A stretch of DNA of 64,000 bases from Podarcis muralis (lineage: Eukaryota), in NCBI RefSeq assembly GCF_964188315.1, contig NC_135668.1, positions 3,782,001 through 3,846,000 on the forward strand. The letters are read 5' to 3'. Below, piece after piece: positions 24,232 through 39,489 of the stretch (positions are counted from its first letter, which is position 1; every line of letters starts with the position of its first letter). The position numbers and the translations under genes were made by a program. The notes beneath the pieces are model-generated. The model was not told where the DNA came from. It made no database searches and saw only the letters and a program-made list of their open reading frames with translations.

Positions 24232-24776
24232 TGTCAGCTACACACTCAATCACACTCCCGAGGTACTTCAAATAATATAACAGACCCCCGAGGTCAACCA
24301 CAATGCTCTTTAGGGGTTTGGGAGTCTTCTCTTTCTAGACGTCTCCCCTCCTGACTGGAATGAGACCTAAGTAGACCTCACAGCTCCTACTTCTCCTGCC
24401 CAAGCTCAGCCCCCAAGTTAACTCCTGGCCTCATAAAATGCTAAATTCTGTTGTTCACACTAAGCTCAGAGACTCCTTTCTCTAGCTGTAGATACTTCCA
24501 TCAGAGTGGATGTTTCTACTCAGAACCAACGCACTCTCCTCACTCCAGCTCTCTTCCTTAAACCATCTCACCCCCTCAAACAAAACCCTATCTCTACCCA
24601 TATCTAACTAACTCCCTCAAAAACGGCTCCTTTTATTGTATCTCCCAAAGTGCTGGCTCCACCCCCCTCTGTGGATAGATGTCTGTAGCCAATCAGAGAG
24701 AGGCTCCAGCCCGGGGGGGTGGTGGTTCAGAGGGACTGCACCCCCAGACTCTGGTCTGGCTCTGCTGTCCGTCACA
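24232..24776 (-). mobile_element. Putative solo LTR
   Basis: Minus strand begins TGTGAC and ends CTGACA; contains ATTGG, GGGGTGGAG and CAATAAAAGG in promoter order; composition differs from flanks; no clear TSD. Confidence 0.45.
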
Positions 24777-24797
24777 CAGGACTAGAGTATGCTTTTA

Positions 24798-24971
<174 letters not shown>

Positions 24972-25235
24972 TCAAAAAAATAAAACAATACTTTTCTTTT
25001 TTATAAGAACAGTGATTATATGGAGAATAACTTGCCAGAGCATTTATTTGCATGAGAGTGGACTGTTAGTTTTACCATGACAATATCTATGGGTCTGCTT
25101 TCCATCACCGCAATTCACACCATGAGGCAGCAACAGCATGTCCACACTAAATCTCATGTCATCTACATGTGTTGGATGTGCAGTCTGATTTAAGCAGCCC
25201 CACAGTCATGACACAGCCCTGGGCCCTCTGAACGT

Positions 25236-25440
25236 ACATATAAGAACATAAGAAGAGCCTGGTGTATGACGTCAATGGGCCATTTAAGGCAACATCCTGT
25301 TCTCACGGTGGCCACGCAAATGCCTCAAGCAGGACCCGAACACAGGAGCCCTCTCCCACCCACCCCCACAGCAGTTTCCAGCAACAGGTGTTCAGAAGCA
25401 TGACTGCCTCAGACTGGGGGATTGCTGCCTCTAAGGATGG
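25236..25440 (-). mobile_element. CR1-type retroelement 3' end with (TTCTTATG)n tail
   Basis: TAAGAACATAAGAAGAGCCTG...CATCCTGTTCTCACGGTGGCC; related pieces near 30690-30985, 40652-40700 and 61765-62200. Confidence 0.6.
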
Positions 25441-26664
25441 AGTAATATTAAAACAGTTGAGCAGGGCAAATGATAATCCTGTTACTTCTTTGCACACTGA
25501 GTGCATGCATTTTAAAGTGGGTACAAGGCTTGTGTGTTCAAATTGACTAAAGTATCTGAATCAATGAGATGTCTTAATTATATGAAAACTAGCCATTTTC
25601 CAATTGTGTCTAATAAGCAGTTCCAATATTTCAAAGGCCAGCATAGTTTTGCACCAAAAGACCACAGAAACTGCTTTGTGTATTTCTTGGTCTTAAAACT
25701 CAAGGAAGGGCTCCTCATAGTCTCCATTTTTCTCCATAAAGAAACCACATCGCTTGGTGTCACAAGCAGGACTGAAGTCTTGGTTAATCAGCCCAATATG
25801 AAACTTCCAGAATTCATTAATGAAAAAGAAAAAGTACCTTATGGCTCTAAAGAGAATTAACGTAAGCAGTGCCTTCAGCTTCCTCCCCCATGTTCTACAC
25901 TGTGATATCCAAGTGTCATTGAATCTCAGTGTTAATTAGTTAATAATTCCAGGCAGTTCTTCGCTGCTGTACTGTCAACATCCACTTGCTGTTACTTCCA
26001 GATATATTTAAGCTCATTATATCAATTTCCAAATGCTTCCCAGCATGAACACAAAACTGAGTAATTATTAGATTACAACAATAACAGGGCTTCATTTTGG
26101 GAATCTTTTAAATACGAAGGTAGGGCTTGTGTCTGACGTGGAAGCCCCATACGGGCATGTGAGAACTTCACAACAAGGAACTTATTATAGGAACTTCTCA
26201 GTTGCAATCAAAGCTGAGATTTTTTTTCTATTAAGGAAGCTATATATAATTTTGATTAATGGTAGAAAAATAATTGGAATTGTCTCTTTGGAGGACATAG
26301 CTCTTGGTATAATAATAATGCAGCAAACATTTATTGTGCTCTTATTTTGCAGCTTGCAGAACAGAGTCCAGATGACATGTTTCCTAGAATGCCTAGTGAG
26401 CTTCCCACTTTGAACTCCAAAGTGTTGAGTAATAATTAACAAGCTGTAATCAAAAAGTATAAATGGGTCTAGGCTACCCTTAGTTTTTAATCTTTTGAAA
26501 GGACAAAAAGTACATTATTAAAAAATACAGAAGGTGTAACTTATTTAAATCACCAAAATATCCTTAATGAAAAATCTATTAAGTGATTTGCACACAATCC
26601 ATTTATTACAAGAAATTAATTTAACCAAATAGTTATTTTTAAAAGTATGTTTTCTAATTAATTA

Positions 26665-26838
<174 letters not shown>

Positions 26839-28411
26839 TCACAAACAACTGTTCTTATCCCTTGTCTTTCTTAAATAAACAATAGATTGTACATCTTAAA
26901 ATATATTTCTAGCTCACAAATGAGGTTTATGTGCCCTCAGAAAACAGAAAATAAATTATATCTGTTAAGCCAATTTTATGACTTTGAATATACAAAGGTA
27001 GTAATAGAGGAATATGGCTCACACACTGAGCCAATTCAAAAGTAACAATAAACCATAATTTAGCATTATAAGGATAAATTGCAGTGAGTCTTATGCTTGT
27101 GTATCTTCAGTGCTGCTCCAAGGAAGAGTTTGGAAGCCTTTTGCTTCCATGATAGATTAATCACAGCTTGTCATGTCATCCAAACAATAAATTGTGGCTA
27201 ATTTTTACTGTGTTTTGTTGACACAAGCCAGCTTCAAAGCATGGTTTTAGAAGATGACTTGTTTCAACAAACCATCATTAAGTTTAATCACAGCTCTGGG
27301 CTTTGGTGTAATGCTGAACTGTGGCAAATCTAAAAGGGAAGCAGAGGCTTCCACTCTCATGGCTGCAAAACGTGTATGACCTCAAGGCTTGTGTGTATGA
27401 CCTCATAAGTGTAAAACATTACAGGGGCAGTATTAGGTCATGAAAGCTTTGAGAAAGCCCTTGTCCTGGCAGAAATATTTGAGTGGCTGACGCAAATAAA
27501 CATTCATTCATTCAAGCTCATGTCTGAACCTGGAATCTTTATTTTAAAAAGGAAATACTTCAGAAACAGAAAAGCAGGAGGGGCACTGGAAACCCAAAAA
27601 TAAGAGTCAAAGCCTCAAAATGGTGTTTGTTCTAAGTACAAAATATGTTGGAAAATATGGAATTGCCAACCCATTTCAACATATTGTCTTCAAGACAAAA
27701 AAAAAGGTTCCACTTATTGTGCAGTTTGTTCAGAGTATTCACATTTTAAGGTCTCCCTCCCTTTTTCTGCTTCAATTTTCTGCACAAACCAGGTTTCTTT
27801 TAGTTGTGCCCCTCTAGAAAACTGGGTTCTTGTTTCTGTTTAATGCCTGTGTTATCTTAAAAAATATTTATTTATTTAACAAAAAATTTATACTGTTAAG
27901 CGATTTACAAGAAATATCACAATTAACAATAAAAAAACTGTTAAAACAATTTAAAACATTTACAAATTAATGAAAATTAACAGTAAAAGATATTAAAACA
28001 AATTAACATGTGTCTGAATAGTTTGGCCTTAAAAATGTTTTTAAACATGTGCCAAAAAGAGTACATCAAAAGCGCCTGTCTAATGTCAACAACAACACCA
28101 ACAACAACACTTTATCGGTATTAGTTCTCTTAAGAGTGATTCTGGAATTAACTTTATTAATGAAGGAAATGTGAAGGCACATGGCTTACGTTCAAGCAAC
28201 AGGCTATTCCTCTGACTTCTTCTACATTGCCCAACATGGGGCCATGATTGCCCAGGACTGAACTGTACAACTTGTTGGCAGTATGATTGTGTAATGAACA
28301 AAGCATTAAACATGTTTAGGTGAGCCACAGTTTTGTGAAATACACTTTTTATAATGGAATTACAATGTTAAGTAATAAAATGTGCACTTGACATTTATTT
28401 TAAAGGGTTCA

Positions 28412-28570
<159 letters not shown>

Positions 28571-29165
28571 TTAACGACAAAAAAGAGTGCTATTTCCAGA
28601 CTTGCTAAACCTTCTTAAGGGAATAAGTTTTGTTTTTTTAAAGCAAAGCATTAATCATTAATCTGTACAACTGATTGCCTTGTGATTTGTCTTGTGATTG
28701 CCTTGTGATTTGCATGTCAGGCTGTGTTCCCATTTTGTATTTCAATTTGTGATACGTGTCGTATGGCAATTCAAGGGGCCTATGGCAGTTTAATGCCTGC
28801 CTACAGTTTTTCTAATGCTATACTAGACTATAGATATTAAAGGCGAGTGCTACAGAGAAATAATAATAATGACTAGCTTACATAAAATTTACAATTTATG
28901 TTTTAGTTTACAAATAGGCTCTAAGAATGACATTTTAATAGTAAAACTTATCTTGGATGCTTGGGTAAAACTCTTGTTCATTTCAGTGAGAGTTCTGTGT
29001 AGAATTCTACAAAACGTAGAACATAGAAGCAAAATCCACACTCTGCTCAGCTTCTTATTTAAACATCAGAAGTTGTAAGTGGAATATGTTTTACAAGCAT
29101 CCCTCCACTTACGTGCAATCAACTCATGTGCAACTGAGTATTTGCTTAGCACCAGGATCTAATTA

Positions 29166-29424
29166 CCGTATTTTTTGCTCTATAAGACTCACTTTTTCCC
29201 TCCTAAAAAGTAAGGGAAAATGTGTGTGCGTCTTATGGAGCGAATGCAGGCTGCGCAGCTATCCCAGAAGCCAGAACAGCAAGAGGGATTGCTGCTTTCA
29301 CTGCGTAGTGATCCCTCTTGCTGTTCTGGCTTCTGAGATTCAGAATATTATTTTTCTTGTTTTCCTCCTCCAAAAACTAGGTGCGTCTTCTGGTCTGGTG
29401 CGTCTTATAGAGCGAAAAATATGG
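29166..29424. mobile_element. Tigger/pogo-like MITE
   Basis: TA-CCGTATTTTTTGCTCTATAAGAC...GTCTTATAGAGCGAAAAATATGG-TA (23-bp imperfect TIR, TA TSD). Confidence 0.85.
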
Positions 29425-30689
29425 TAAATAATTCAATTCAAACCCGGAAATGGCAGGAGATAATTGGAGAGTCTTCATGGCTTGCGAAGAGACCCTCCCC
29501 GAAGCCTGAATACACTGGAGGCACAGCAGGGCTTTGTGATGCTGCTCAGCCTCCCCGCCTAAGAGCTGATGTGCAGGGTAGCGCAGCAGCACCACATTCC
29601 CACACACCCTCCTGCCTCCTGCTGGCCCCAGTGCTTCAATTCTAGTTGTGAATATTTTTGGAATCCGTATGTTTGATATGGATTGCAGAGCGGGCATTTA
29701 GAGTGTTCAGAGGGTGCTCCCCACTTCACACAATTTCACTTATGCACACTGGGCCCCAGAGTGTAACCACCACATAAGTGGGGGGATGCCTGCATATTTA
29801 TAACAACTCATGAATCATTAGCATATCTCATGTGTGCTTTGTGTTTTGAGATAAAATATTCCTTAATCCCATTGAACAATGTTTATTTTACCAATAACTA
29901 TCTGTTATCTCTAAAATTACATTTTGGGAATGTTCTCTGGTGATATCTGATGCAAAATATTTTTTACTCCCCCATTTGAGGTGTAATAGATCTAAGGCAT
30001 GACAGATCTTGTGACATTACATTATTTATGCAAATATACAAAGCATTCAAAACTAGAAATAAACTCTATATGGGTTTGAACCTTCAACAGAACTTAAACA
30101 GCAATGCTAACCATATGACGTTTTACAAGGATGTGAAACTGAATACTGCTTTCCTCCTTCCAAATTTGTCAGCGCATTCTCTTCTTCTACCATAATCATA
30201 TAACATTATTATATAGGCTTCAGATCCATTTGCCCAGTGCTCCAAAGTATAGCTATAACAACACAGTAAACGAAGGCAAAGGACCAAACCACGCAGGTGC
30301 ATGTTTGCTAAACATGCACTCATCATGTTGGCCATAAAGCAGAATGGGGGAGTTTGCTTTGATCATTAAATGGAATGTGGGGTGGTAAGAAGAAGGAAAG
30401 TCCATTTAGTGATAAACTTAGACACCCCCCAGCCCCACTTTACAGTCAAACTGGCAGCAAGAGGTTGGCAAACATGTTTACATCTGACATGGCCCAAGAG
30501 AATGTATTCCATCCACAAGAAGAATCACAACCTCTAGAGGCGAGCATGAGGAAAAATAAATATACATATCAGACTGATAGCATTTTCTCTAGGGCAGCAA
30601 ATCAATACTTTGTAAGAAAATTATTACTACAGTAAGTTTTCAACTTACTCAGGGGTTACCCAGGTCAAAGCTAGCTAGTCTGTCATTCT

Positions 30690-30985
30690 GTGTTCGCAGG
30701 GACCAAGCAGATACCCATGGGAAGACCACAAAGATGACGTGGGACCAATAGCTCTTTTCCACTGGTGCCACCCAGCATTTGGTACTCAGAGATTTACAGA
30801 CTCTGATCCCAGAGGTAGCTCACAGACATAGTGATTAGTATCTGTTAATAGCCACACCCTCCATGAATTTCTTTAAACCCCTTTTGAAACTGTCCAGGCC
30901 ATCACTATATCCTGTGGTAGCGAACTCCACAGTTTAACTATGCATTATGCAAATAAGTACTTCCTTTTGTCCTGAATCTCCCCAT
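30690..30985 (-). mobile_element. Degenerate CR1-type LINE 3' fragment
   Basis: GGCCATCACTATATCCTGTGGTAGCGAACTCCACAGTTTAACTATG...AAGTACTTCCTTTTGTCCTGAATCT, a typical reverse CR1 3' coding and UTR segment. Confidence 0.55.
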
Positions 30986-31151
30986 GTTGTTGCTGAAAGG
31001 AGGTGTATACACGTTGAAAATAAAACACACCTTCACTTATCCATGATTTAGCCACAAATAGTTATAAAAATAATGCTAATTTCTAAAGTGTTTTCATATG
31101 CCTATGAAAGAGATGAAATAAATGCAGAATTGCAAAGTACCTTGAAGGTAT

Positions 31152-31487
31152 AAAAAGTAAAGGGACCCCTGACCATTAGGTCCAGTCGTGGACGACTCTG
31201 GGGTTGCAGTGCTCATCTCGCTTTATTGGCCGAGGGAGCCAGCATACTAAGCATGACTAAGCCACTTCTGGCGAACCAGAGCAGCGCACGGAAACGCCAT
31301 TTACCTTCCCGCTGGAGCGGTACCTATTTATCTACTTGCACTTTGACATGCTTTCAAACTGCTAGGTTGGCAGGAGCAGGGACCGAGCAATGGTAGCTCA
31401 CCCCGTCATTGTGGGGATTCAAACTGCGACCTTATCATCTGCAAGTCCTAGGCTCTGTGGTTTAACCCACAGCGCCACCCGTGTCCC
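31152..31487 (-). mobile_element. Full-length Sauria SINE (older subfamily)
   Basis: AAAGTAAAGGGACCCCTGACCATTAGG... to ...TTTAACCCACAGCGCCACCCGTGTCCC; eroded B box. Confidence 0.9.
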
Positions 31488-32582
31488 TCACCAGACCCTT
31501 TATTGAGGACAAAGGTGAACATATAGCTTCAAACCAGCATAAGCATTCTGTGAGAACTTTTTGCCCACCTTCAAATACTTTGGGAGGTGGAACAACTTCA
31601 GAATCCACCCAGAGCTGAGGTTAAAGGACAGCAGCATTGTGGAGATATTTGGGGAGTTGATGTTTGTGACCAGAAGGGGTACATTTACATGTAATATCGA
31701 ATCATGTTTGGGCATCATGTAAATGAGTGTGGAGGAGGCTCATGTATAGCAATTAGTAACTTCTGATCCTTGTCTGCCTGTTCAGATGAAATAAGGATTG
31801 GAAATTGCTAATGGCTGCATGAAAGAGGAGCTAGCTGCATGTGAGCCAGAGGCTTCTCCACACTTATTCACGTGATACCAAACTCTGGCACCTGAATAAA
31901 CTCTTACAGATTCACACCAGCTCAGGTAATACTTTTGTGGACTACAGATGCTATCTCCACCCACCGAAAATTCTTCCTGGGAAACAGTGGGGAGTAACAA
32001 ATGACTTGCCTGCCCTCCCCACTGCTTCCCACCATCACATGGAGAACTGAAGTAGAGGCAGCTCCCCATTTACACATGTTCAATATGTGTGCGATCGTAT
32101 ATATGTACATCGCGCCGAATCCAGAAGTGACCCAGAAATGTCATAAATGTCTGAAATGTCACTAAAAGGGCAGGGTGGGGCGGAACACGGTGTTTGCAGG
32201 CTTTTTCAGTGGGGTTCAATTATAATTGATTTCACTGACGCACATCATAATTCCCACATAAACAGGAGGCTGATATATTGAATCTGGAGATGCTATGGTT
32301 ATTCAAACATAGGATCTCCTTAGACCCTGAGAGATTCTAATGGTTTTGTAGTTTGTTTCTCCCAGTGACGAAGAAACAAACACAACGCCTGTTATTGATC
32401 TCTTGCTGCAGTGGGTAGAGGAAGTGTACAAATAGGCCCTTTCTTTCAAGGAAGCCTAAACAGGACGCTGGCTATCCTGAGGCTCAAACAACATGTGGTG
32501 TTGCATGAATCTTTTAAGAACCCAAAAAACTAAACAGTAACCACTAGGGGGGGTATGTTGGAAATAGGCAGTACAACTCACT

Positions 32583-32610
32583 ACACACACACACACACAC
32601 ACACACACAC
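32583..32610. repeat. (AC)14 microsatellite
   Basis: Direct reading. Confidence 0.95.
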
Positions 32611-32729
32611 TACAATCATTTAAAACTGATTCGCAGATTGCACAAAATGCTGTAGTCCAAGAAGTGTTTCAGAATGGGCAATTAAAAAAACGCTGTGTGC
32701 CATTTTAGCATGTTTACCAAGATAAATAC

Positions 32730-32851
32730 CTTGCTCTGGTAGTTCTCAATTTCTTCCTGTAGAAAAGTTTGCCATGTTATTTGCTGCAACTCCTCCCTCA
32801 AGTACTGGCAAGTTTCCATGTGTGATTTGGAAATGTTCTGTGCGAGATGTT
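32730..32851 (-). CDS. RORA: RORA coding exon (start of LBD)
   Basis: (E)[40 protein letters not shown]; TTTTAG / GTATTT; 122 nt. Confidence 0.98.
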
Positions 32852-35800
32852 CTAAAACAGAATGAGCAAGAAGTGGCATGCATTTTAAAAAAAGGCCATC
32901 CTCAACTTTCATTGTACATGTTCTGTCTAGCCAATCATTAAATTATAGATGTTTTCAACACTAAATTTGTACAGGGTTGAAATGGGATTCTAACACCCAT
33001 TTCCATTTCCTTTTATTTCCATTTTTTAAAATTATCACTGATTCTCACCCCTGTAGGAGAGTGGTTACTAGGTTTGATCTCGATTCTCAGGAGATTATAT
33101 TGGCTAAGTCAGTCTCTCAGCTTCAACAAATGAACATAGAAAGGCGCCTTATTCAAGAGTCAGATGATTGCTTTATCTAACCCAGTACTGGCAGTTCTGC
33201 CTTGGGGTGGTTCCAACTAAGTGTTCAGAATGGAATTTCCATGCTTTGTTTACTCGATGTTTTAAGGGCGTACACATGATGCTATCATTCAATCATCATC
33301 CTGTATTTTCCCTATTTTTTTCCTGTTTTTTCTCAAACTGCCTATTTAAAAAGCAAACTGGAAGAAGCAGAAGCTCCACAGGTAAAGATACTTTCTAGCA
33401 CCACACTCCCAACTTTTTTATATGGGCAATGACTTTATGGGGAAATGAACAAATTAATCATAACATTTGCGGTGGATGACATTTTTTTAAACCTTTGTTT
33501 TATAAAAAAATATTTTGGTTACCACTCAAAAGCTTCTCCATCTCTATTTTCTGAAAATGAAATAAATGTGTAGTGCTTTAGCACCTTCTCTTTCATAAAA
33601 AAAGCTGGGAAATTGTTTAGATATTTTTTTTTAAGGCTCATAAAATGGCACCCACCACACAGGTTATAGTGAATGTATGCTGAGCTGCAGGTGACCCTTT
33701 TCACAGCCGCAATATTCTCTCCACTTGAGTGGCCAGAACATAATGTGATGCACAATACTCCCAATAGTGTGGAAAGTCAGCTGCAATTCTGCTCATAGCT
33801 CACAATGGAAGAACAATGAATGGGTAGCACTTTGGGCCACTTGTCTAAAAGCAGCCTCTCCAAGGTCTCAGGCAGAAGTATCCCCCCCCCCCCAGCACCA
33901 GCTACTAGAAACTATTTTAACTTGAACTTCCGAGGCAAAACTTCCAGTATTAGAAACTATGTGTTCTACTATAAGTTTTGAGTAATGGTCCCTGCTCAAC
34001 TCAAAAGGTATGTGGTATTAACAGCACTTCACTCAAAGGGTTATTGTGATACATTAAATATTTTCACACCTATCTACTATTATCTCATTCAATTTTTCTT
34101 TGGAAGTCATTCTATGCAGCCAAAACACCAAAGAGTCTTGTGGCACCTGGAAGAGGTGGCTTCATGTATGATATGAAATGTAAAACATAGGTTTGAATTC
34201 TGATTTCTAACTGGAGTCAGCTATTTTTTTGCCTATATATATAGATATATATACAGCATCCAGATGTCTGGGCCAATTAGCCAACCTGGTCAGGGATGAT
34301 GAGAGTTCTTCATAATATGGAGCTGGGAAAGGCACTTTTATATCAACTGTTTCTGGGTAAATAAAAAAGCTTTTTGACACATTATTAAATATTTAATGAA
34401 ACGAGGGCACAAACCGTTATAATTATCATTGCAACAAATCAATGTTTGTTTACTGAAGAAAGTCCTCACAGTTTTCTACACATGCTAGACATGAACAAGT
34501 GCACTTTTGAGGAAAGCACTCATTAATAAAGATCTGTGAACATACAGTGATCTATCATTTCTTGAAGATAAAATCCATCTGTGTAATATGGATGGATAGG
34601 AATTCACAGTGCTTTCAGTTTTTCTAGACTGGGCTTTTAGTGATTTTCAAAAGTTTTTTTCCTATATTTCAAAAATGACACGGAAGTATAGGCTACTATA
34701 TTTCCTTGAATGTAATGCACACCTTTTTTTGGCCAAATTACGTTGTGAAAATTAGGGTTGTGAAAATTAGGGTGCCCATTAGATTTGATGGCGTATTTAC
34801 ATTTGCCAGCAAATACTTTTTGGTTTCAAGGTTTTGAAAATTGAGGTGCATATTAGATTTGCCGGGGCATTAGATTCACATAAATAAGGTACTTCCATAT
34901 AAGATCTCTCGCGCCCACTAACTGTTTCTTTTATTTTCATCCCAGAATATGTGAAATAAGATTTCATTTTAGTGTGGAATAGGAGAGTGGCTACTGCTAC
35001 TTTGATAGCAAAAAAGAAAAGCACAAAAGAGGGATGGGTTGGTAAACTCTCCACTGCTGGTCATGCACAAGTTGTTATTAAGGCTCTTTTCACACATGAC
35101 AGATCCTTTTCACAACTCCCGACAAAGTTGACTTCCTTTAGCTGTTACTTTGAGAGAGAACCACATCTAACTCGACCTCAGCACGTACTAGATAACTCTC
35201 ACCACAAATGGAGAAAACACAGTTTTGAGTTACCCAGATTTACCCTGGTGAGTTGCCAGTTCTGGAGCTCTTAAGGGAAGCAGACAGACAGATCTAAACT
35301 TCTGGAGTGCAATTCTTTCCAAAGTTTTTATGTGCAAGCCCAAGTAAATGAATAGGAGCTGTGCAGGAGTACAACAGTAAGTTACGTCTCATTTTAGTAG
35401 GAGAAATATTTAGATTTTTCACATCAGACACCAAATAGTCTTGGGCTGATGTTTCTGCTACCAGTGTTTTACATTTCATTGCCATTTAACTTATTTTTTT
35501 CTGCTTTACACACTTGGCAGGTATATGCCACCTGAATATCACAGTTCATGCATCTGATAAAATGGACTTCAATCCATGAAAGCATGTGCTGCAAAGAATT
35601 TATTATTCTTTAATGTGTCAAAACACTCTTTGTTATTTGGTAAGTTAGCCCTCTTTATAAAATTATTACTTCCCAATTAAACATGTGCTTTACATCATTG
35701 TTCAGCTATATACTGAGGCTGGCTATTTATTAACTAAATTAATGAATAAATAAATACTGTATGCTTTGGTCACCTATGGGGGGAAATCATTATACTATAA

Positions 35801-35934
35801 TCAAGTGCAAAATTCATGTAACTTACCATTGTTTAGTACAGTCTTGCAGATAAACAATATACCAGCCTTGCTAATTTACACAAACTTTGTAATGGGTGTC
35901 TGTGATCCAGACCCAGATCCAGCATAGTATAGAA

Positions 35935-36070
35935 CAGTATTTCTCAACCGTGGATCCCGAGAGGTTCCTGAATTACAACACCTAGCATCCCTGATCACCG
36001 TCCATGCTGGCTAGGAATGATGGGAGTTGCAGTCCAACAACATCTAGAGACCCAAGGTTGAAAAAGGCTA
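35935..36070. mobile_element. Degenerate palindromic hAT-type MITE
   Basis: GATGGGAGTTGCAGTCCAACAACATCT arm matches the family at 59479-59614. Confidence 0.6.
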
Positions 36071-36084
36071 GAATAGCAGTTAGA

Positions 36085-36232
36085 CTGTTGAACAAGGATA
36101 AGAGAGGCCAGGGTTAAAATCTCTACTCCAGCCATGAGGTTCACTGGATATACTTGGGCCAGGCACTCTCTCTCAGTCTAGCCTACCTCACAGGGTGGTT
36201 GCCAAGGATAAATGAGACAGTCCTTGAAGGAA
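36085..36232 (+). mobile_element. MIR-like SINE
   Basis: CTTGGGCCAGGCACTCTCTCTCAGTCTAGCCTACCTCACAGGGTGGTTG, a MIR core-like segment. Confidence 0.6.
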
Positions 36233-36461
36233 AGGCAGAATAGGAATGGAAATAATAAATACAATAAAAAACCTGTTAATAATCTCAGGTGACTGACTAA
36301 CAGCAAGTCTGGTTTATTGGAATTCAGACCTAGAGCAAGATTATGGACTTGATGAGCCCCATCAGTGCTGCCTTAGTCAAGGGGGCAATGCACTTCCAGA
36401 AAGAGCAGCCCTCACAGTTGCAGCCATACACAAAAAACACAAAAGGTGACATGTAGTTTCA

Positions 36462-37001
<540 letters not shown>

Positions 37002-37820
37002 CTATGTTAGGACACATCATATGTAAGTCTAGGGTAGCTACTAAGCAGTTCACAACATCACTACAACACACTTTTGCTTGATCCTACAGGTGAAGTCATA
37101 TATTAGAAGGTGAGAAGTTAGGTATTATCCTATTGGGTCAGCCTCTTGAATAGGTAAGTCATATGTAATATACTTAGGGCATGTATGAGCAATAGAAGAA
37201 TTTAAGGAGATGGCTTTTAGGCAAACAGTCATCAGAAGGGCAATTTTAATAAGAAAAATAATGAACATGATTAGATTTCAATCATAGGGGCAAATATATT
37301 TAATTTGCATAATAGTCTGTTCCATATTTGGGCTTCCTTGGTGCAAAATGCAGAGTTTCTTTTACTTAAGAGAAGTTATAACTTTGATGTTGGCCTGTCA
37401 TCCAAGAGAGGAGTATTTAACCCTTCCTATGGTGACACTGACATCTCTTAGCAGCAGGATTTCATCGTCTCTGTACCAGTAATGGGGGAGGAAGAAGGTG
37501 GAGGGAATATAAAGATTGGTTGGAGGAAGAAAAATACAGGACAGCCATAACGTTGTATGAATGGAATAAGGAATGTGAAAGAAAATTAAAGTAGAGCTGT
37601 CCTAGTGACACCAGTAAGAAAGGCAGGCATTTACTCTGTGTGTCGTGTGACTGTGTAAGCAGCAGCAAAACAAAACCCTGGAAGCCACCAGCTGCATCAG
37701 TCCAAAGTAAATTCAGTGACTTATGAGGCACAGTATATTTCAAGACAAATTTTTTAAGAATGGGATGAGCAAGCAGAAAGCTAAGGAGTGTCGCACATAC
37801 AAGACAGCTGACCTGAACTA

Positions 37821-38006
<186 letters not shown>

Positions 38007-39489
38007 TTATCGATGGCTGAATCCAAAGTGGTCGCACACGACAACTGCATTGAAAGGACACCTTCTTTCAGCTAAATTCTTATCGAGCAAAAACTACCAT
38101 AATCAAGAGTATATTTTTTATTCCATTTTGTTACAAAATATAAAATACTTCACAATGTATGATTATATATTTGAATAGGTTCAGTAATAAAAATTATTTC
38201 AAATACATTTTATATATAAATATGTAGGAATAATATTAGAAAATGTTAGGGCATTTCAGCTGTATCCAAATGAGGGCTGGAGAACCCATATATTTTCTCA
38301 ACTGAATGTATTGGTGAGAAATCACAGCTTTTAAGAGATGAAAGTGATTTAAAGAGGCATTGCTTCCCATTGTATACACACAATTGCCCCAAAATGACTC
38401 TGTAGGACTTTGAAACTATACAAACAGCAGCAACCTAAAAGAGGCAAAGCAGAGATAAGCTTACACACACCACTGCTTCTTCCTCTTGCCTGTCATGCCT
38501 GCTGTTAGCAAAGTCACTTAAAATAATGCAGATGGAGTCCAGATAGAAGTCCTTACTGAAGAAACTTAACAAAAGGCTGCATAATTTGAGGAGAAACACA
38601 GAGGTTTGGTCTCTCTTCCCTCAGGCCGCCTACATAGCAGGAAGACATATTCAACTCAACATACTGAGGATCAGCTGCCTCAGAACTACACATCTCGTTA
38701 CTGCAGTCAGGATCATGCCACTGACTGGCTGCTAATTGACATCTCTCCCTGTCCCACTCATGGCTAGTTGCCTGTAAGTAACCCTTAAGTTGCACACCAA
38801 ATGATCTCTACTGTTGCACTTCCAACAGTTGCTTTCCCCCTCCTTGCCCACAGCTACCACAAAACAGCTGGCCTTCTGGATCACTTTCCTGAGGGCCACA
38901 CCCCTCCTTCAGACACGGCTCGCTCAGCCCAAAGGACAGGCTCCTCAGTGTATCCAGCCTTAGGGGTGGTGGACTGCTGAGGATCAGGGGAGAAATGAAC
39001 TGATTGTGAAAGGTCAAATCCAGCGACAGCCACAACACTGTTTTCACTACCAGAGCTGAGAGCAAAACCAGATTTGACTGGGACTGACAAATATCTGACC
39101 AATTTAAGGGTATTGTGTTTTCGTTAATGCAACTATAAATACTAAAAACATGGTATGAATGAAACACAAATCAGCAGTGGTTTAGGTTGGAAAAAATACA
39201 CACCGATAATGCCCCCAACAGATTAAATCTTACAAAGTGTGCCTTTCATTTCCTAGTCAGTCCAAATGAACAATTTCTACAAAAAGCTAAATTTAATGGC
39301 ATTAATGGGAGTTTTCATAAAACCTATTAATAGCATCAGTGAAGTGTTCTGTTTAGTTTCCTTCCTCAAAGAAGAAATAAATAAATGTTCGTCCATGTCT
39401 TGTGAGTGGCAGTTAATGCTCCTCTCACCACTGGTTTCTGAGCCTGCCAGAAACTTGAACTACTAAGCTCATATTTTGTCTTTTGACAA

